Shown: positions 1 to 46,233 of the stretch, piece after piece
Numbering within the stretch: position 1 is the stretch's first letter
Layout of the letters: each line of letters starts with the position of its first letter
Source: Chrysomallon squamiferum
Taxonomy: Eukaryota > Animalia > Mollusca
DNA length: 64,000 bases
Assembly: GCA_012295275.1 (NCBI GenBank)
Contig: CM022677.1
Location: 20,770,001 to 20,834,000 of the forward strand
Reading direction: 5' to 3'
Translations under genes and position numbers: made by a program
The notes under the pieces: model-generated
The model's input: the letters and a program-made list of their open reading frames with translations, nothing else
Databases searched by the model: none
What the model was told of the DNA's origin: nothing

Positions 1-329
1 ATAAAAATAAGTTTACTGATTATTTTTTGGCATGTCAACACAGCATTACATACAAATTTCCGAAGGTAAACTCAAATTTTTGAAAAAAAAAAACAATCGA
101 AAAGACAAACATTCTTATTCACTTTTCTACTCTTTCGTCCGTTTGTTCATCACTCACTCACTCATTCTTTTCAATAATACATTTAGCCGAATCTCGTTTA
201 CCCTCTAACACCAATGTCTCACTCTTTCCTTCACACTATAAAGAAAGGTGGAAATACATATTTTTATGCAGGTTTAGTATTCTGAAATCTGGAAAAAAGA
301 ATAAAACTTAAATAATATATATATATATA

Positions 330-553
330 GGGGGTGTCCCAGAAGTCACGCACCATGAAGATTTTTATTTAGATACATATGAATAAAAAATTTATTAATA
401 ATAATCATAACAAATGCTCAAATTGCTTGCCCTCTGCATTGATACATACTTCAATTCTCTTTATAAAACTGTTTTTTACTCTGTTGAGGGTTTCGCTACT
501 AATTTATGTGTATCTAAATAAAAATCTTCATGGTGCGTGACTTCTGGGACACC

Positions 554-556
<3 letters not shown>
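330..556. mobile_element. Tc1/mariner-type MITE
   Basis: About 48-bp TIRs (CAGGGTGTCCCAGAAGTCACGCACCATGAAG..., 2 terminal mismatches on the left), flanked by TA in (TA)n; absent from the equivalent intron of gene B. Confidence 0.85.
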
Positions 557-649
<93 letters not shown>

Positions 650-729
650 ATTATTATTTTTTTTAATTTCCAGATTTCAGAATATATGCATATAATGTAT
701 TATTTTATGTTATTTATTTATTTCTGAAG

Positions 730-12365
<11,636 letters not shown>

Positions 12366-13254
12366 TTTAGATTTTACTTTGTCACTGCATGTGACCACTT
12401 GTAATGGAAGCTACATGAAGTCAGAGAAAATGATTTTCCTGTCACGTCATGCGACCATTTATTATTATGTAAGGTATATAATTTCAGAGATGAACATTTT
12501 ACTAAGTTTTGTGCATGAGACGATTTGTCACAAATGTCTGAGAGCTACTTTTCGCTGCAGGATTTACAACGTGTTGTGCCTATTGATACATGTTTTTCTG
12601 ATTATTTCTGTTCAAGATTGTTATAAACTTATCTACCTGCATTTTGCATTAGAATTTACTGTTATTATCTTTAATCAGCTGTGATTATTATTATTAATAT
12701 TTTTGTTGTTCTTGTTGTTGTCCTTGTTCTTCTTCTTCTTGTCACAGTAATTCAGTGACAGAACAACTTCCACGTGAAGTAGGATCTAATGTCATCAATC
12801 CAAATAAATTCAAATATCACATCACGTCATCATATTTACGTGTTTGTTTTTTGTTTTGTTTTGTTTTGTTTACGACTCAAGTCTTATTTAGATATACTGC
12901 ACAGTTGTGGCTCATTTTCTTAGGAAAAAGAAAGAAATCGTGCAATGATTTTAATGGAAGAAACGAATGGAATATACCGGGTAGATATCTGCTAACAGAC
13001 AACAACCAAAAAAAAAAAAAAAAAAAAAATAAAATAAAAATAAAGTTAAAAAAAAAATAAAAATAAAATAAAATAAAAATAATTAAACAAATATAAACAA
13101 ATAAAAGCAGAATGCACTGGTTAAAGATTGACAGCCGATTGCAGATTGAAGAACGGCGCATGTTCAGCTGTGTCTGAGTACCCACGTGACCTACAATTGT
13201 AAGGAATCCTCATATAGTTAACGTCGAACGATGATGTTTATCATTTTTTCAGTT

Positions 13255-13352
<98 letters not shown>

Positions 13353-13850
13353 TAGATAGATAGATACACACGTTTTATTTGCGAACAAAATTGCAGAATG
13401 ATAAGAGTATTATTTAGAAAAGAGGTTTTCAGACTGTGCTACACAAGCAATATAGATATATTCTAAATAATACTGTTAGCATTCTGCAATTTTGTTCTCG
13501 CAAAAAAAAAAAAACGGTTATATACATTTCGTGAGTTTTGTATTCTGTTCATGACGGAGTTAACATTAGACATGCACTCACAAAAACAAATACATTGGTA
13601 TAAATACACGCATACATACACATACAAATATACATTCTTAAAGGCATACATACAAATTAAAAACACATATAAACGGACATACAGAATAACAAATTAAAAC
13701 ACATTTGACATTACACATATGCACGCAGAATAACAAACGCCTACACACATCCCCACACATTTTGGATATGTACATATATAGATGCACGAGAATATATATG
13801 TTTTACATAAACTGACAGAGACACACATCCCCACACATACGACACATATT

Positions 13851-13939
<89 letters not shown>

Positions 13940-13969
13940 ACATTTTTTTTTTCAAATGTCAGACTAAGC

Positions 13970-14365
13970 TTACTCAGCTTTTGTAAGTCCTTTTAAGAAA
14001 GTCATCTTGTTTGCAAAAGATATTCCAGCATTTTGAAGACTCAGATATCCTACTGAATGTGCCAATCTAATCAAAGCCTCCTTTCCTAAAGACGGGTTAC
14101 TTTTTGACTTGATTCGAAGAATATTTGTTGTTGAATTGAATGGGAAATCTGATTTTGATAAAGTCCTAGAAGGACGGAGGTGTACAACAAGTCGAACAGT
14201 CTTTCTCTGTTGTGTAGGTACGGACAGACTGGCAAAGACATTTGGTGATTCTGGAGTAACGACTTGATAAATAAAAGAAGAGCTGTAACAACCACACTGT
14301 GAAGGACACTGTGCTAAAACTCCAAGACAGATGAAGTATATGAAGATCAAAAGAATAATTTCCAT
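13970..14365 (-). pseudogene. Truncated divergent LRR paralog (signal peptide + LRRNT + first LRRs)
   Basis: MEIILLIFIYFICLGVLAQCPSQCGC..KSDF..LTK aligns by eye with the first ~140 aa of the B/C LRR exon; acceptor ttttcag 6 nt before the ATG; stops after 131 aa. Confidence 0.65.
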
Positions 14366-14574
14366 TATGTTCTGAAAATTTAAATTATTCCAAATTCACA
14401 TTGGTTCGACCACTTGGAAAAAGAGAAATAAGAGACAGAAAAACATTCGCCTTTCCTTCCTACTAAATTAGATATAATCATTAACTCTTTAAAAAATAAA
14501 ATCTCTCTCTCTCTCTCAAAGAAAGAACTCTCTCTCTTTTCTCTAAAATAGAGGCCTCTCTCTTATTTCTTTTG

Positions 14575-14663
<89 letters not shown>

Positions 14664-15713
14664 GTCTATGTATGCATTTCTCTTTATCTGTCTTTATCTG
14701 TAGTTCTGTGCATGTATGCATCTAATTGTCGAACTGTTCTATCGAATCTATCTCTGTGTTTATGTATCTATCTATCTATCAGTCTATCTATCTACACAGC
14801 GCAAGCAAATGTCATACAGTCTGTCTATACATCGATATACAGATATGCTTAAACGTTTTGTAGGTATAATTAAGAGTCATTAAAAATAAAAATAAATAAA
14901 ATATGAACAAACAGAATGAAAAAAGAAAGAAGAAATAAAGAAAAATGAGAAACAACATTTTAAAAACTAAGTATAAATTTCAGAGTCAGAATTTTACTAG
15001 CTTTGATGCTAAATCTAGATTCTTCTGAAATTTCTGTTCATCATTTTAATATTATTTCTGTTATTAAAAACAATAATAATAGTAATAATAATAAAATAAT
15101 AATAAAAAATATTGAAGAATAAAAACTAAATCATTTAAGAATTCAAAACAGAAACGATGATAAATAAAATAAAATAAAATAAAGCAAATATAAAATAAAG
15201 AAAGAAAGCCATACAAAGAAAAATGACAAAGAAAATTTTTAAAACTAATTTTTAAAAACAGTGTCAGAAGCTAACTCGCTTGAATACTCAAACTCTGTAC
15301 ACGTTACTTTATTACATTTTTTCCTACAGAGATTGTTTTTGAATAAACATACCTGCATACACAAATATAAATAATACTAGTATTGCATATTTGTTCAATG
15401 TACTTGATGGTAGCAACAATAACGAGTTTGTCTGTATCTCCATACACAGCGTCATTAACTGATTTGTCTGTAAATGTCCACACACCCTGTAACACAGCTC
15501 AGAAAAATTCACAGGTTGAAGCCAGCTTTAAAAATTAGACCAAACACCTAATTTATGTTAAAGAAAAGCTAAATAATTTTTGTTTTTAAAAATAAAAAAT
15601 GAAAGCACTATTCTAGAAAATGTGATGACAAAAGCAGCGATTCTGATACTACTACTACTACTACTAATCATCATAATAATAATAATAAAGCGTCGAATTT
15701 ACATAATGATTCC

Positions 15714-15785
15714 TGAATGACGTAAGAATGACGAAACGGTTCAAACCGTTGTTTCCAGAAAGCAGTATTAATTATTACTTTTAAA
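15714..15785 (+). promoter_or_regulatory. Conserved upstream block of gene B with CRE/ATF-like TGACGTAA and TGACG half-site
   Basis: gaatgacgtaagaatgacgaaac..tgtttcc..agtattaattatta is shared with gene C upstream (55625-55677, - strand). Confidence 0.45.
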
Positions 15786-16098
15786 TTTCTACATTACAGA
15801 AAATTGTAAGTTTTAATCGCTTTATTTTCATAAAATCGAGTTTGTTAAGTTTCTTTTTATTTAATTTTCATAATAATATTATTATTTTTCATTTGTTTCG
15901 AAAGTTTCTGTGAGTGAGAGAAATTAAGAATATTTCCCGTGTCACAAGCTTCAGACAGTCTCCCACTTTCGAAAGGACGATGATATACACCATAGAAAGA
16001 TACAGTATTCTCAATCGTTAATTTATTATTATTGTTATTATTATTATTATATTATATTTCCTATATAAACTAATTAAATACTACTACTACTACTGCTA

Positions 16099-16135
<37 letters not shown>

Positions 16136-16500
16136 ATTTAACAATAATATAATTAAAAAATTGTCGCATATTCAAAAACCTAAATTAACCTCTATTACTT
16201 GTTATTTTTTCAAATAAATAATATATTTAAAATTTAAAATCGCCCCGTGCAATTAAGTGACATTTTAAAAAGGTTTTTGCAAATAAAGGATAATATATTT
16301 AAAACGTTTTTATTTATTTGTTTTCTTATTGTTCTTCTTCTTATTTGTTTTGTTTTAAGGAACTATGTGAATTTGCAATATCATCCTTGAACGGTTATAA
16401 AGTCTACACAATTCTTTACAATGCATTTTCTAATACAGAAAATCATAATCAAAATCATCGTCATAATCATGATCATCACCATTATTATTATTATTATTAC

Positions 16501-16536
<36 letters not shown>

Positions 16537-16655
16537 TTGTATTACTACTACTACTTCACTGTTACTACTACTAATATCATCATTTTCGTTTTTCATTAAT
16601 CATCGAGCTTTCTTTTTGCAGATTGTTAAGATTTTAGTTTTATCTCTCTCATGGC

Positions 16656-36430
<19,775 letters not shown>

Positions 36431-36851
36431 TGTAAGCTACATGAAGCCAGAGAAACTTATTTTACTTTGTTACTTCGTGCGGCCAATTATTATTGTATAA
36501 GTAAGGTACATAATGTCAGAGATGGACATTTTACTAATTTTGTTCATGAAATGATTTGTCACAAATGTCTGAGAGCTAGTTTTCGCTGCAGAATTTACAG
36601 CGTGTTGTGCCTATTGATACATCTTTTTCTGATTGTTTCTGTTCAAGATTGTTATATACCTGCATTTTGCATTAGAATTTACTATTATTATCTTTAATCA
36701 GCTATGATTATTATTATTAATATTTTTGTTGTCCTTGTTCTTCTTCTTCTTGTCACAGTAATTCAGTGAAAGAACAACTTCCACGTGAAGTAGGATCTAA
36801 CGTCGTCAATCCAAATAAATTCAAATATCACATAACGTCATCATATTCACG

Positions 36852-36890
<39 letters not shown>

Positions 36891-37203
36891 TCCTCAAGTC
36901 TTATTTAGATATACTGCACAGTTGTGGTTCATTGTCTTAGGAGCTCTACGTTTTATTATTTTTTTTGTTTTGTTGTTGTTATTGTTGGGGGGGGGTTTCG
37001 CTCTGTTGTCACGTTTGTTTTGTTCTCGAGATACTTGTGCGGCTGGCAGGTCATTCATTATCTGAAACTTTAATTTAGCACCTGATTTGAAGCAGCGATT
37101 TGTTTTTCCTCGAATTTGAAAAAGAAACAAATCGTGCAACGATTTTAATGGAAGAAACGAATGGAATATGCCGGGCAGGTATCTGCTAACAGACAACAAC
37201 CAA

Positions 37204-37237
<34 letters not shown>

Positions 37238-38116
37238 ATAATAAAAAAAAAAGAATATTAAGAAATAAAAGCAGAATTTTATGGTTAATGATTGACAGCC
37301 GATTGCAGATTGAAGAACGGCGCATGTTCAGTTGTGTCTGAGAACCCACGTGACCTACAATTGTAAGGAATCGTGATACATTTAGCGTCGAACAATGATG
37401 TTTATCATTTTTTGAAGTTTCTTGTTTTTAATATATATTTTGTTTTTCGTTTTTGCGTTCGCCATTAATGGATTTTGCCTGCGGATTGCTCGTGTTCAAT
37501 GAGGGTAGCGTAGCACACTCTGAAAACGTCTTTTGTAAATAATACTGTTATCATTCTGCTATTTTGTTCGCAAATAAAACGGTTATATACATTTCGTGAG
37601 TTTTGTATTCTGTTCATGACAGAGTTAGCATTAGACATGCACTCACAAAAACAAATACATACGCTTAAATACATACCTTGACACACAGTAACAAACACAC
37701 TTTCGTAAACACGTGCATACAAATTAAAACACATATTACACATACACATACAGAATAACAAACGCCTACACGTACACATTTGGACATGTACATGTATACA
37801 TGCACGCAATGTATATGTTTTACATACGCTGAAACACACACATACATCCACAGACACAGGCACACACACAAAGTACACCCAAAGCGACAGATATAAAATA
37901 CATTTGGTAATGTTATAAACACAAAGGTGTTTGTGTGTGTGTGTGTGTGTCCGTCTGTGTGTCTCATCCTAAACTGATTTGATCCTTATGTAGTTGTGTA
38001 ACTTATATAAATACTCAGATACGACTAGATAACAGTATATGTACAAAATATACGTATATCAAAGGAGTATGGATGTCTCTATGTGTGTTAACAACGAGTA
38101 AGCAGAACCAACAGAA

Positions 38117-38207
<91 letters not shown>

Positions 38208-39146
38208 GATGAAATTAGAAAGAAGAAAATTGAATAAATAAGTATTTTTTGTTTTATGTTTTACAGACAGGCAGACAAAAAAGATAACACATTTCTGGGT
38301 AAACAAGTTTTGCTTTATTATTTACAGTCCAATATATACATTTATTTTGTCTTTACTTTTGATCATCTGTAGGATGTATTAATCTTTTATGGGCTGTTTT
38401 CCTTTTTATAGGAAACGCTTTTCCTTTTCTACGATAGTTGTTGCTGTTTTTTAATCTTTAACAAAGTCACACGCATAAGTGTAAGTTTTGTGATTGCATT
38501 TTTAACGTTAACTCGCTCATGAAGAGAATACAAAATCCCCACAATGTATATAACAGTTTCATTTGTGAAGAAAATTTGCAGAATTTAGGAATATTATTTA
38601 GAAAAAAAAAAAAAATACAGGTCTTATAAAAATACGCTTAACCCACCCATTGTTCAACATATCTAAACAACGTAAATATGATGAAATTACGTGACCTTTG
38701 GATTTACGTGTATTGGCGACACTGGATTCCCTGTGCTTGCAATGTGTAATATGTGCTGAGGCTGCATACAAATTTAGTGTGGGACAAGCTGTGATAGTCA
38801 CAAAATCTACTTTGCATCAGCTACTGAAAATAAATAACAAGATGTCCTACACTGGACGTAACGTAAAAAAGAATGAAAACAATTCGATGATTTCAGATTA
38901 GAATCTCTCAAATTTGAAACTAATAATTTTGTATCATACTTTATTTGGTTAAAAAACTCGCCTACTAACTCATAACACTGCTGCTGCTGTGTCTTGCTAT
39001 CTAGAAAGGGCTACGAATCATGTTTTCTCCACGTTGTAATTTTAGAAACGTTTCAAAACTTCGCTTTATAACTGACATAACTTTTGCCTTCTTTAAGAAT
39101 CGCAACAGTGGTGATAAAAGAAAACGCATTATATTAATAGCAATAG

Positions 39147-39196
<50 letters not shown>

Positions 39197-39197
39197 T

Positions 39198-39238
<41 letters not shown>

Positions 39239-39665
39239 TTACTACTACTGCTACTACTATTAATAATAATGATCATTATGATGATAAAAATAAGAAAAAC
39301 AACAAAATAATAAGAATTGTCATTATAATAATTATTATTTCATCTAGATTAAAGATATATACATTTGACTAAAATTAATGATAATAAATTCGAATACAAA
39401 ATGCAAGTCAATTAGTTTAGAACATTATAAACAGAAACAAACCATAAAATGTAACACTAACACCACACTTTGTAAACACTTTAAGTAAAAGTAGCTCTCG
39501 GATTTTATGACAAATCATCATATGCACAAACCTAGTAAAATGTATCTCTCTGACTTTTTGTACTTTACATTAGAAATAATCACAAGCAGAAAGATAGTAA
39601 AATTTGTTTCTTTGACTTTATGTACTTTACATAACAAATGGTCACATGCAGTGACAAAGTAAAAT

Positions 39666-39789
39666 CTATATTAAATTCTCTTTCGATGTTTTCTGGTCAG
39701 AATCGAAAGCTGGATTCTCCACACCAAACGTATCTTCCTTGTTTTCATCTTGTCTCCGTTCTGTCGAGCTGAATATTTTTGTTTTCAGC
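39666..39789 (-). CDS. Gene C terminal exon
   Basis: LKTKIFSSTERRQDENKEDTFGVENPAFDSDQKTSKENLI*. Confidence 0.82.
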
Positions 39790-42700
39790 CTGTGATAATA
39801 AGAATGTGAGAGAAAAAAAATATATAAATGACAAGTAAAAGATATATGCTCAACTTATTCAGAAAGAAATGTTTTTTTCACTTCTTTGCAGTGTCTACTG
39901 TCAATGTAATAGATAGATATATAGATAGAAAGATAGATCGACTAATATATAGATATAAGCACGAATGTACATACACAAAAATGCATTGAAATGTATATGC
40001 ATATATAACTTGTGAACATTTCATGAATGTTTATTTGTTTCCTAGGATGTATGTATCAATGTTTTTTTTTTTTTTTAAAAATATATTTATGTTCGCTATA
40101 TGTATCTTTATGGTTGCATTTATCAGTGAATTATGAATGTATATTTATGAATGTATGTGTGTGCTTTTATACACTATTGTGTGTTCAAAACTGTCTATTC
40201 TGTCAAACTGACTCAATTAGTTAGCTTGATATCTTTTTCTTTATTTTCTCTAAATCGTATGCTTACCAGAAAACTACAAAAAGTCCGATAATTAAAAAAA
40301 GAATAGCCAGTAATTCACCAAGAAAACCATTCTTCAAAACCTCACCTAGACAGACAATGATAATATTTTAAAATATCTTCTTATACAGTATCACGTGCTA
40401 CAGTAAATCAGAACGTTCAGTACACTTCAACTTCCTGCAGTACATTAGAGAGTTTTTATACAACAGAACATTACTAATAGGCCCAGGCAATTAAAACGCA
40501 TTTAGAAAAGGAACATAAAGGTCTTTGATATATATGTATATATATATATATATATGTACTTTACCTGGAACATCTTTTTCTTTTTGTTTCCATTGATCTG
40601 TAAAATAAGATATCAACATTTTTATTTACACTTCTAGTTTCCTTCTTTCCAACATTCATATATATATATATATATATATATATACATTTTCATTATACCC
40701 CAAGTTCATAAAGACTTCTTGTTAAAACGATTTGACGGGGAACAAATGTCTTTCATTGGTCATTACACGAACTGTCTGACAATTATTCAGTCATGGTCTG
40801 TCAAGATCATATCTGTGTTTTGTGTTGTTTACCATCGAAAGGTGCCACTGACGCTGCATTTCAACTGCTAAAAATGTTCTGCTATTACGTGCTCCTTTCC
40901 TGCTGCAAAGTGACAGTGTTTAAGAATTTACTGCACATGTAATCACTGAACTGAAAGTAATGTGGTCCATGGGGAAAATGGGCATTCACAGAGCCAAAGT
41001 GCTTAAAAAGAGCAACATGTGACATTAAGGACATGCTAGTCTGTGGGCTAGCAAATAACAGTAGAACTAAATGGACTGTTGGACTTAAATGTGTTTCATC
41101 TAAAGAACTGCAGTCTTCACAGTGGGATTAAGTGTTCCCAGTGTTGGGTTCTCGTTCTCATTGTGTAGCATCCCTCCTGAAACACTCCACTGATTGCAGT
41201 CAGGAGATGATCTACTTGCACCATTGCAGTGCTAGTTCAATACGACGATACTGATCGTATGACTACTTCTACTGATTCGTCTACACATAACCAGAAACAT
41301 TCTCAGAACTCGCTGACTATAGCCTATTAACTTAGTGTGAATCCTCAAGTAGAACATGTCTCATTTCACGTAGGGCAATAAAGAGCTAATGAAGTCCTAA
41401 CTACGCAAGCTAGACCCATGGTGAAAAGAAATAAGCCTACCCTGACACCGGTACAAGTAGGTGACAACGTGACTACATATGTCCGCCAAGTTCACAGAGG
41501 TAGAATTAGAATTAGTATTTTCTAACTGAATTTACTGAAATGCTCAACAGTTATTCATATTTCCTGATAATACATATTATTTGTAAAACATATCGGGAAT
41601 AGGATTAGGCTTGATTATAATTAAATTACTTTACTTGGAATAATTGTAAAAAGCAAATCTGAAAGAAAGAAAAAAGTATAAATGTCTTTCTTGAGTCATC
41701 TAGTATAGGAACCAATGTATTTCTAAGCACTGTTAAAAATAAAGACAAGATGAAGGCAGCATTTTTGTAAATTATATACATTTTTCAATGTGTTTGTTAA
41801 TTATGTTCCATTGGAATTTGGTGATATTGATAATTTCGTGGGATGTTACTTAATATAATTATCTCGAACATGATTCGAAGACCTTTGAACTTCGATAAAT
41901 ATAATCTGGATGCATTTACTTTAAATAAAATTACTGATATTAATAATAAAACTTTATTAAAGAATCCAGTTCTGTTGATGTTGGCTATATGACTTTACTT
42001 ACCTCTGTAACCGTATTTATCTTTCTCACCAAAACTTATAATATAATAATTAAATAATTAGTAAATATATCAGGGAATAAAAAAATAATAATAATAATAA
42101 AAATAAATCAATAAATCAAACAATTAAATAAATAAATGTAGATACTGTTAAAAGAAAAACATGTTGATATATAAAAGTAGTTTAGTCATTCATTCTTTCT
42201 AGCACGACCAGCACGCAGTAAAAATTAAACACCTTATGCAGAATATTAAATACAAAGTCAAATAGTTTTCAATTGCAGTACTCAATTCAATAATTTTAAG
42301 AAAATTTACTTTGTCCTTGTCCTTACCTTTATTAGTGTCTGCAACTTGTGCTGGTACATCTAGATACAAATAATAGAAAATATAAATATAAACATTATGT
42401 AGAATATTAAATACAAGGTAAATTAATATTGAATTGCAGTACTTAATTCAAAAAATTTAAGAAATGGGTCCTTACCTTTATTAGTGTCTGCATATTTTGC
42501 TTGTACATCTAAATACAAAAAAAAAAATAAAAAAAAAATAATAATAATAATAAAAAATTCTTAAATAAATAATTACTCTTTATCTATCTATCTATCTATC
42601 TATCTATCTGTCTATTGAATTACAAGACTTAATTCCATAATTTAAGAAAACTGACTTTTTCTGTGTCCTTACCTTTAACAGTGTCTGCATCTTGTGCTGG

Positions 42701-44026
42701 TACATCTAAATAAATAAAAAAAAATATGTATTTGGGCGTATGTGTTTGTATTTGTGCGTGTGTATATATATATATATATATGTTGATAGATAGATGGACT
42801 AACATTATTAGTAGTGCATGTTGTTGGATGTAAGTGTTAGTAAGTGAAAGAGATAAAGAAGTTTATTTTACTAGTATACTAAGTCTACTATTATCCTGAC
42901 GGCATCAGTAGCTGACTGACTGAAAGAAAGGGTATAAAAAGAAAAGACAGATTTGAACTTATGCTAATTTTATGCTGAATAATACTCTGGAGGAAATTTA
43001 CATATTTTCTGTGACTTGATTTATACTGATGTAGACAGTAAAACATTACTTAGTGTCATATTTTTGCCAATGTTTCATATCAGTTTACTTACCTCCATCG
43101 GAAGCTAGGATTTTCATATCTAAAGATATATAAATAGTAAAAATTAAGTAATTAATAAGGAAATGAATGATGAAATGATAAAATCATATTGTTAGTTAAT
43201 AAATAAATAAATACAAACTAAACTAAACTAAACTAAACTAAACTGAACTAAATTAAATTAAATTAAACTAAACTAAACTAAACTAAAATGAAATAAAATA
43301 AAAATAAAAATATACAAATACTGTAATATCTGGAATATACAGGCATAAGTTATAATTTAATGAATTATGGTAAGAAAATTAGTTTTGTATCTGTCCCTAC
43401 CTGGACCATTGTCTGAATATTGTGCTGTTAGATCTAAATAAATAAATAATATTCATTAATACATACATACATACCTACATACACACACGCACGCACGCAC
43501 ACATACATACATACATACATACATACAAACATATATATATATATATACATATAAATATCATTTGCATAACGATTACTGTAGATATAGATATAGATACAGA
43601 TATATACTTTACATACATGCAGGTTATTAAAGTTAGAAGTGATTTGATAGAGCTGAATGGGTGACACGTTATTATTATACTGAAATAAATATCTGCTTCA
43701 CTTCACAACATTTACAGTTATTTTTGTGTTACCTATATCATTCTTCGTATCTTTCTTGGTGTCCATAGTTCCACCACTTAAACCTATATACAAATAATAA
43801 TGATGAAATCATTAGTATGTACATGAAGGAATAAATAACTAAAGTCATTTTAGTGGACTGACTGGTCATTCAGTCAATCAGTCAATAAACATATATGCAA
43901 ATAAACAGTAAATAAATTCGGGGATGTAGTCAAATGTCAAGAGGAGTTTAAAGAGATGGCCTACAACACCGTTATTATTTTTTAGTGTACTTATGAACTT
44001 ATGTCTACCAACTTACTTATTTATCT

Positions 44027-44057
<31 letters not shown>

Positions 44058-44062
44058 GATAG

Positions 44063-44119
<57 letters not shown>

Positions 44120-44326
44120 GTTATTATTATCACGAAGGTTACAACGTTTATGTAACGTAGAGATTGCTGAGATAGTCTTGTCAAATACCTGACGAAGAAT
44201 ATGTGTTCCATGTTAATTAATGAGATATTTAAAATATATATATTAATAACAAGAACATTTTAAAAACAGAAACAACGACAAAATGAAACAATACAAATTC
44301 TGATGACAGTAATGAAGACATATTAA

Positions 44327-44388
<62 letters not shown>

Positions 44389-45143
44389 CAAGGTTCGACA
44401 AATACTGTTTGTCTCGTTAAATCTATAAATAAATAAATAATAACTTCAATCCTATGTTTTTAAATAAAAATAATCTAACGCTAAGAGTAGTAATAAATAC
44501 AGATTTGTAAATTAAAATAAATAAATAAATAAATAAAATAAAATAAAATAAGCACTAAATAATTCTAATGCAACAAACTGAACCATAAAACAGAAAGAAA
44601 CTCACCACCACAGGGTATTCCAGAATTACATTCTGAAGATATAACCTCGTTTTCAGGACCTTCACATTTGTTACCGCCATTAGATGGTTTCGGGTTTGCG
44701 CACACTCTCCATCTGGTTACTATCCGATATCCATTCCCACACGTAACAGAGCAGTGAAATTTCTGCCACATTAACCCATGCGGTCCACCCACCATTCACT
44801 AGAAAAATAATTGTGATGTCTGTTTATAAGTATCGATATGGGAGAAAAAAGCGAGACACTATACAAAAATTACATATGGGCTGCATCCCTGTTGGAAAGC
44901 TCGTTTATTCCATTCCATTTCAGTTATTATATCATTTGAATAATTCTTCTTTTCTTCTTCTTATTATTATTTGTCTTTTGTTTAAATAATCGAAATGCAG
45001 TAGTCTGCAGCTAGTCCTGTTGACATCTGATCTTACCAAGCTTGTTCACGTAATTACTGATTCCCATACATAACATCCTTTTGTGATCATCATCCTTATA
45101 GTCATTATAATCATTATTATTGTTGATGTTGTTGTTATTATTA

Positions 45144-45183
<40 letters not shown>

Positions 45184-45349
45184 GTTTGAACGATTAATTT
45201 TTAACTTACTTACTTACTTTATTTAATTAAATAATTAGTTAGACAGTTACCTTTTTAGCTTACTATTATTATTAGAAAATATATAAGTTACTTACCAGGT
45301 CCGTCTGCTGTACTTGGTTTGTTGTTGTTAATATTTGTAAATGTATAGA

Positions 45350-45388
<39 letters not shown>

Positions 45389-45738
45389 AAACAGTAAAAA
45401 GGATGAAATAATAATAACTACTACTACTACTACTACTACTAATACTAATACTACTACTACTAATGTTACTACTACTAATAATAATAATAACAACAAAAAG
45501 AACAACAATAATCAATAAGAAATAGTCCATAATCAGTTGGAAGATGAAGAAGCTTAATAAAAGTAACTTTTTTCTAACTTTTATTACTATTTATTTATTA
45601 TTTATTTATTTACTTGTGTTTATTTGTTTGTGTATTCATGTATTTATTATTATTATTATTGTTACTGTACATCGAAACTTTTCAATTTATTCCAAAAAAG
45701 AAAGAAACCAAGAGACAAAAAATCAATCAAATAAATAA

Positions 45739-45797
<59 letters not shown>

Positions 45798-46113
45798 ATG
45801 AATAAATAAATAAATGAAATTTAAAAAAAAAAACAAGACACTTAATTTACCAGCAGGACAATCAACGTTGGTGTGACATCTTCTGATATCATGTTTCATG
45901 TTAGGTCCTTGGCACTTTCCCTTGTACACGTAAGGACAGTCTCGAGTTAGAGTCACAGTCCTCACACCAACTCCACACGTCACACTACACCACGATGTGC
46001 TTTTCTGATTCCATGTGTTCCACCCAGGATCATCTTGAAAATTATTATTATTATTTACATTTCTTGATTGATCATCTGTCTGTTTATTGATGAGTCTACC
46101 TAACCACACACAG

Positions 46114-46149
<36 letters not shown>

Positions 46150-46185
46150 CTTAACATCCATTTATTTCTATTTATGTTCGATGAG

Positions 46186-46233
<48 letters not shown>

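Noticed and set aside
12755-13850. Similar ORFs at 12755/36766 and 12877/36894 as a separate gene
   Set aside because: They are co-duplicated 3' flanks of A and B with indels and homopolymers and no domain signal.
42327-42705. Repeat-spacer periodicity resembling a CRISPR array
   Set aside because: Eukaryotic intron context; the repeats are spliced exons and there are no cas genes.
44189-44215. 27-nt microexon homolog in gene C (TWNTYSSS)
   Set aside because: No AG acceptor (AT instead) and the donor context is partly deleted; treated as dead.
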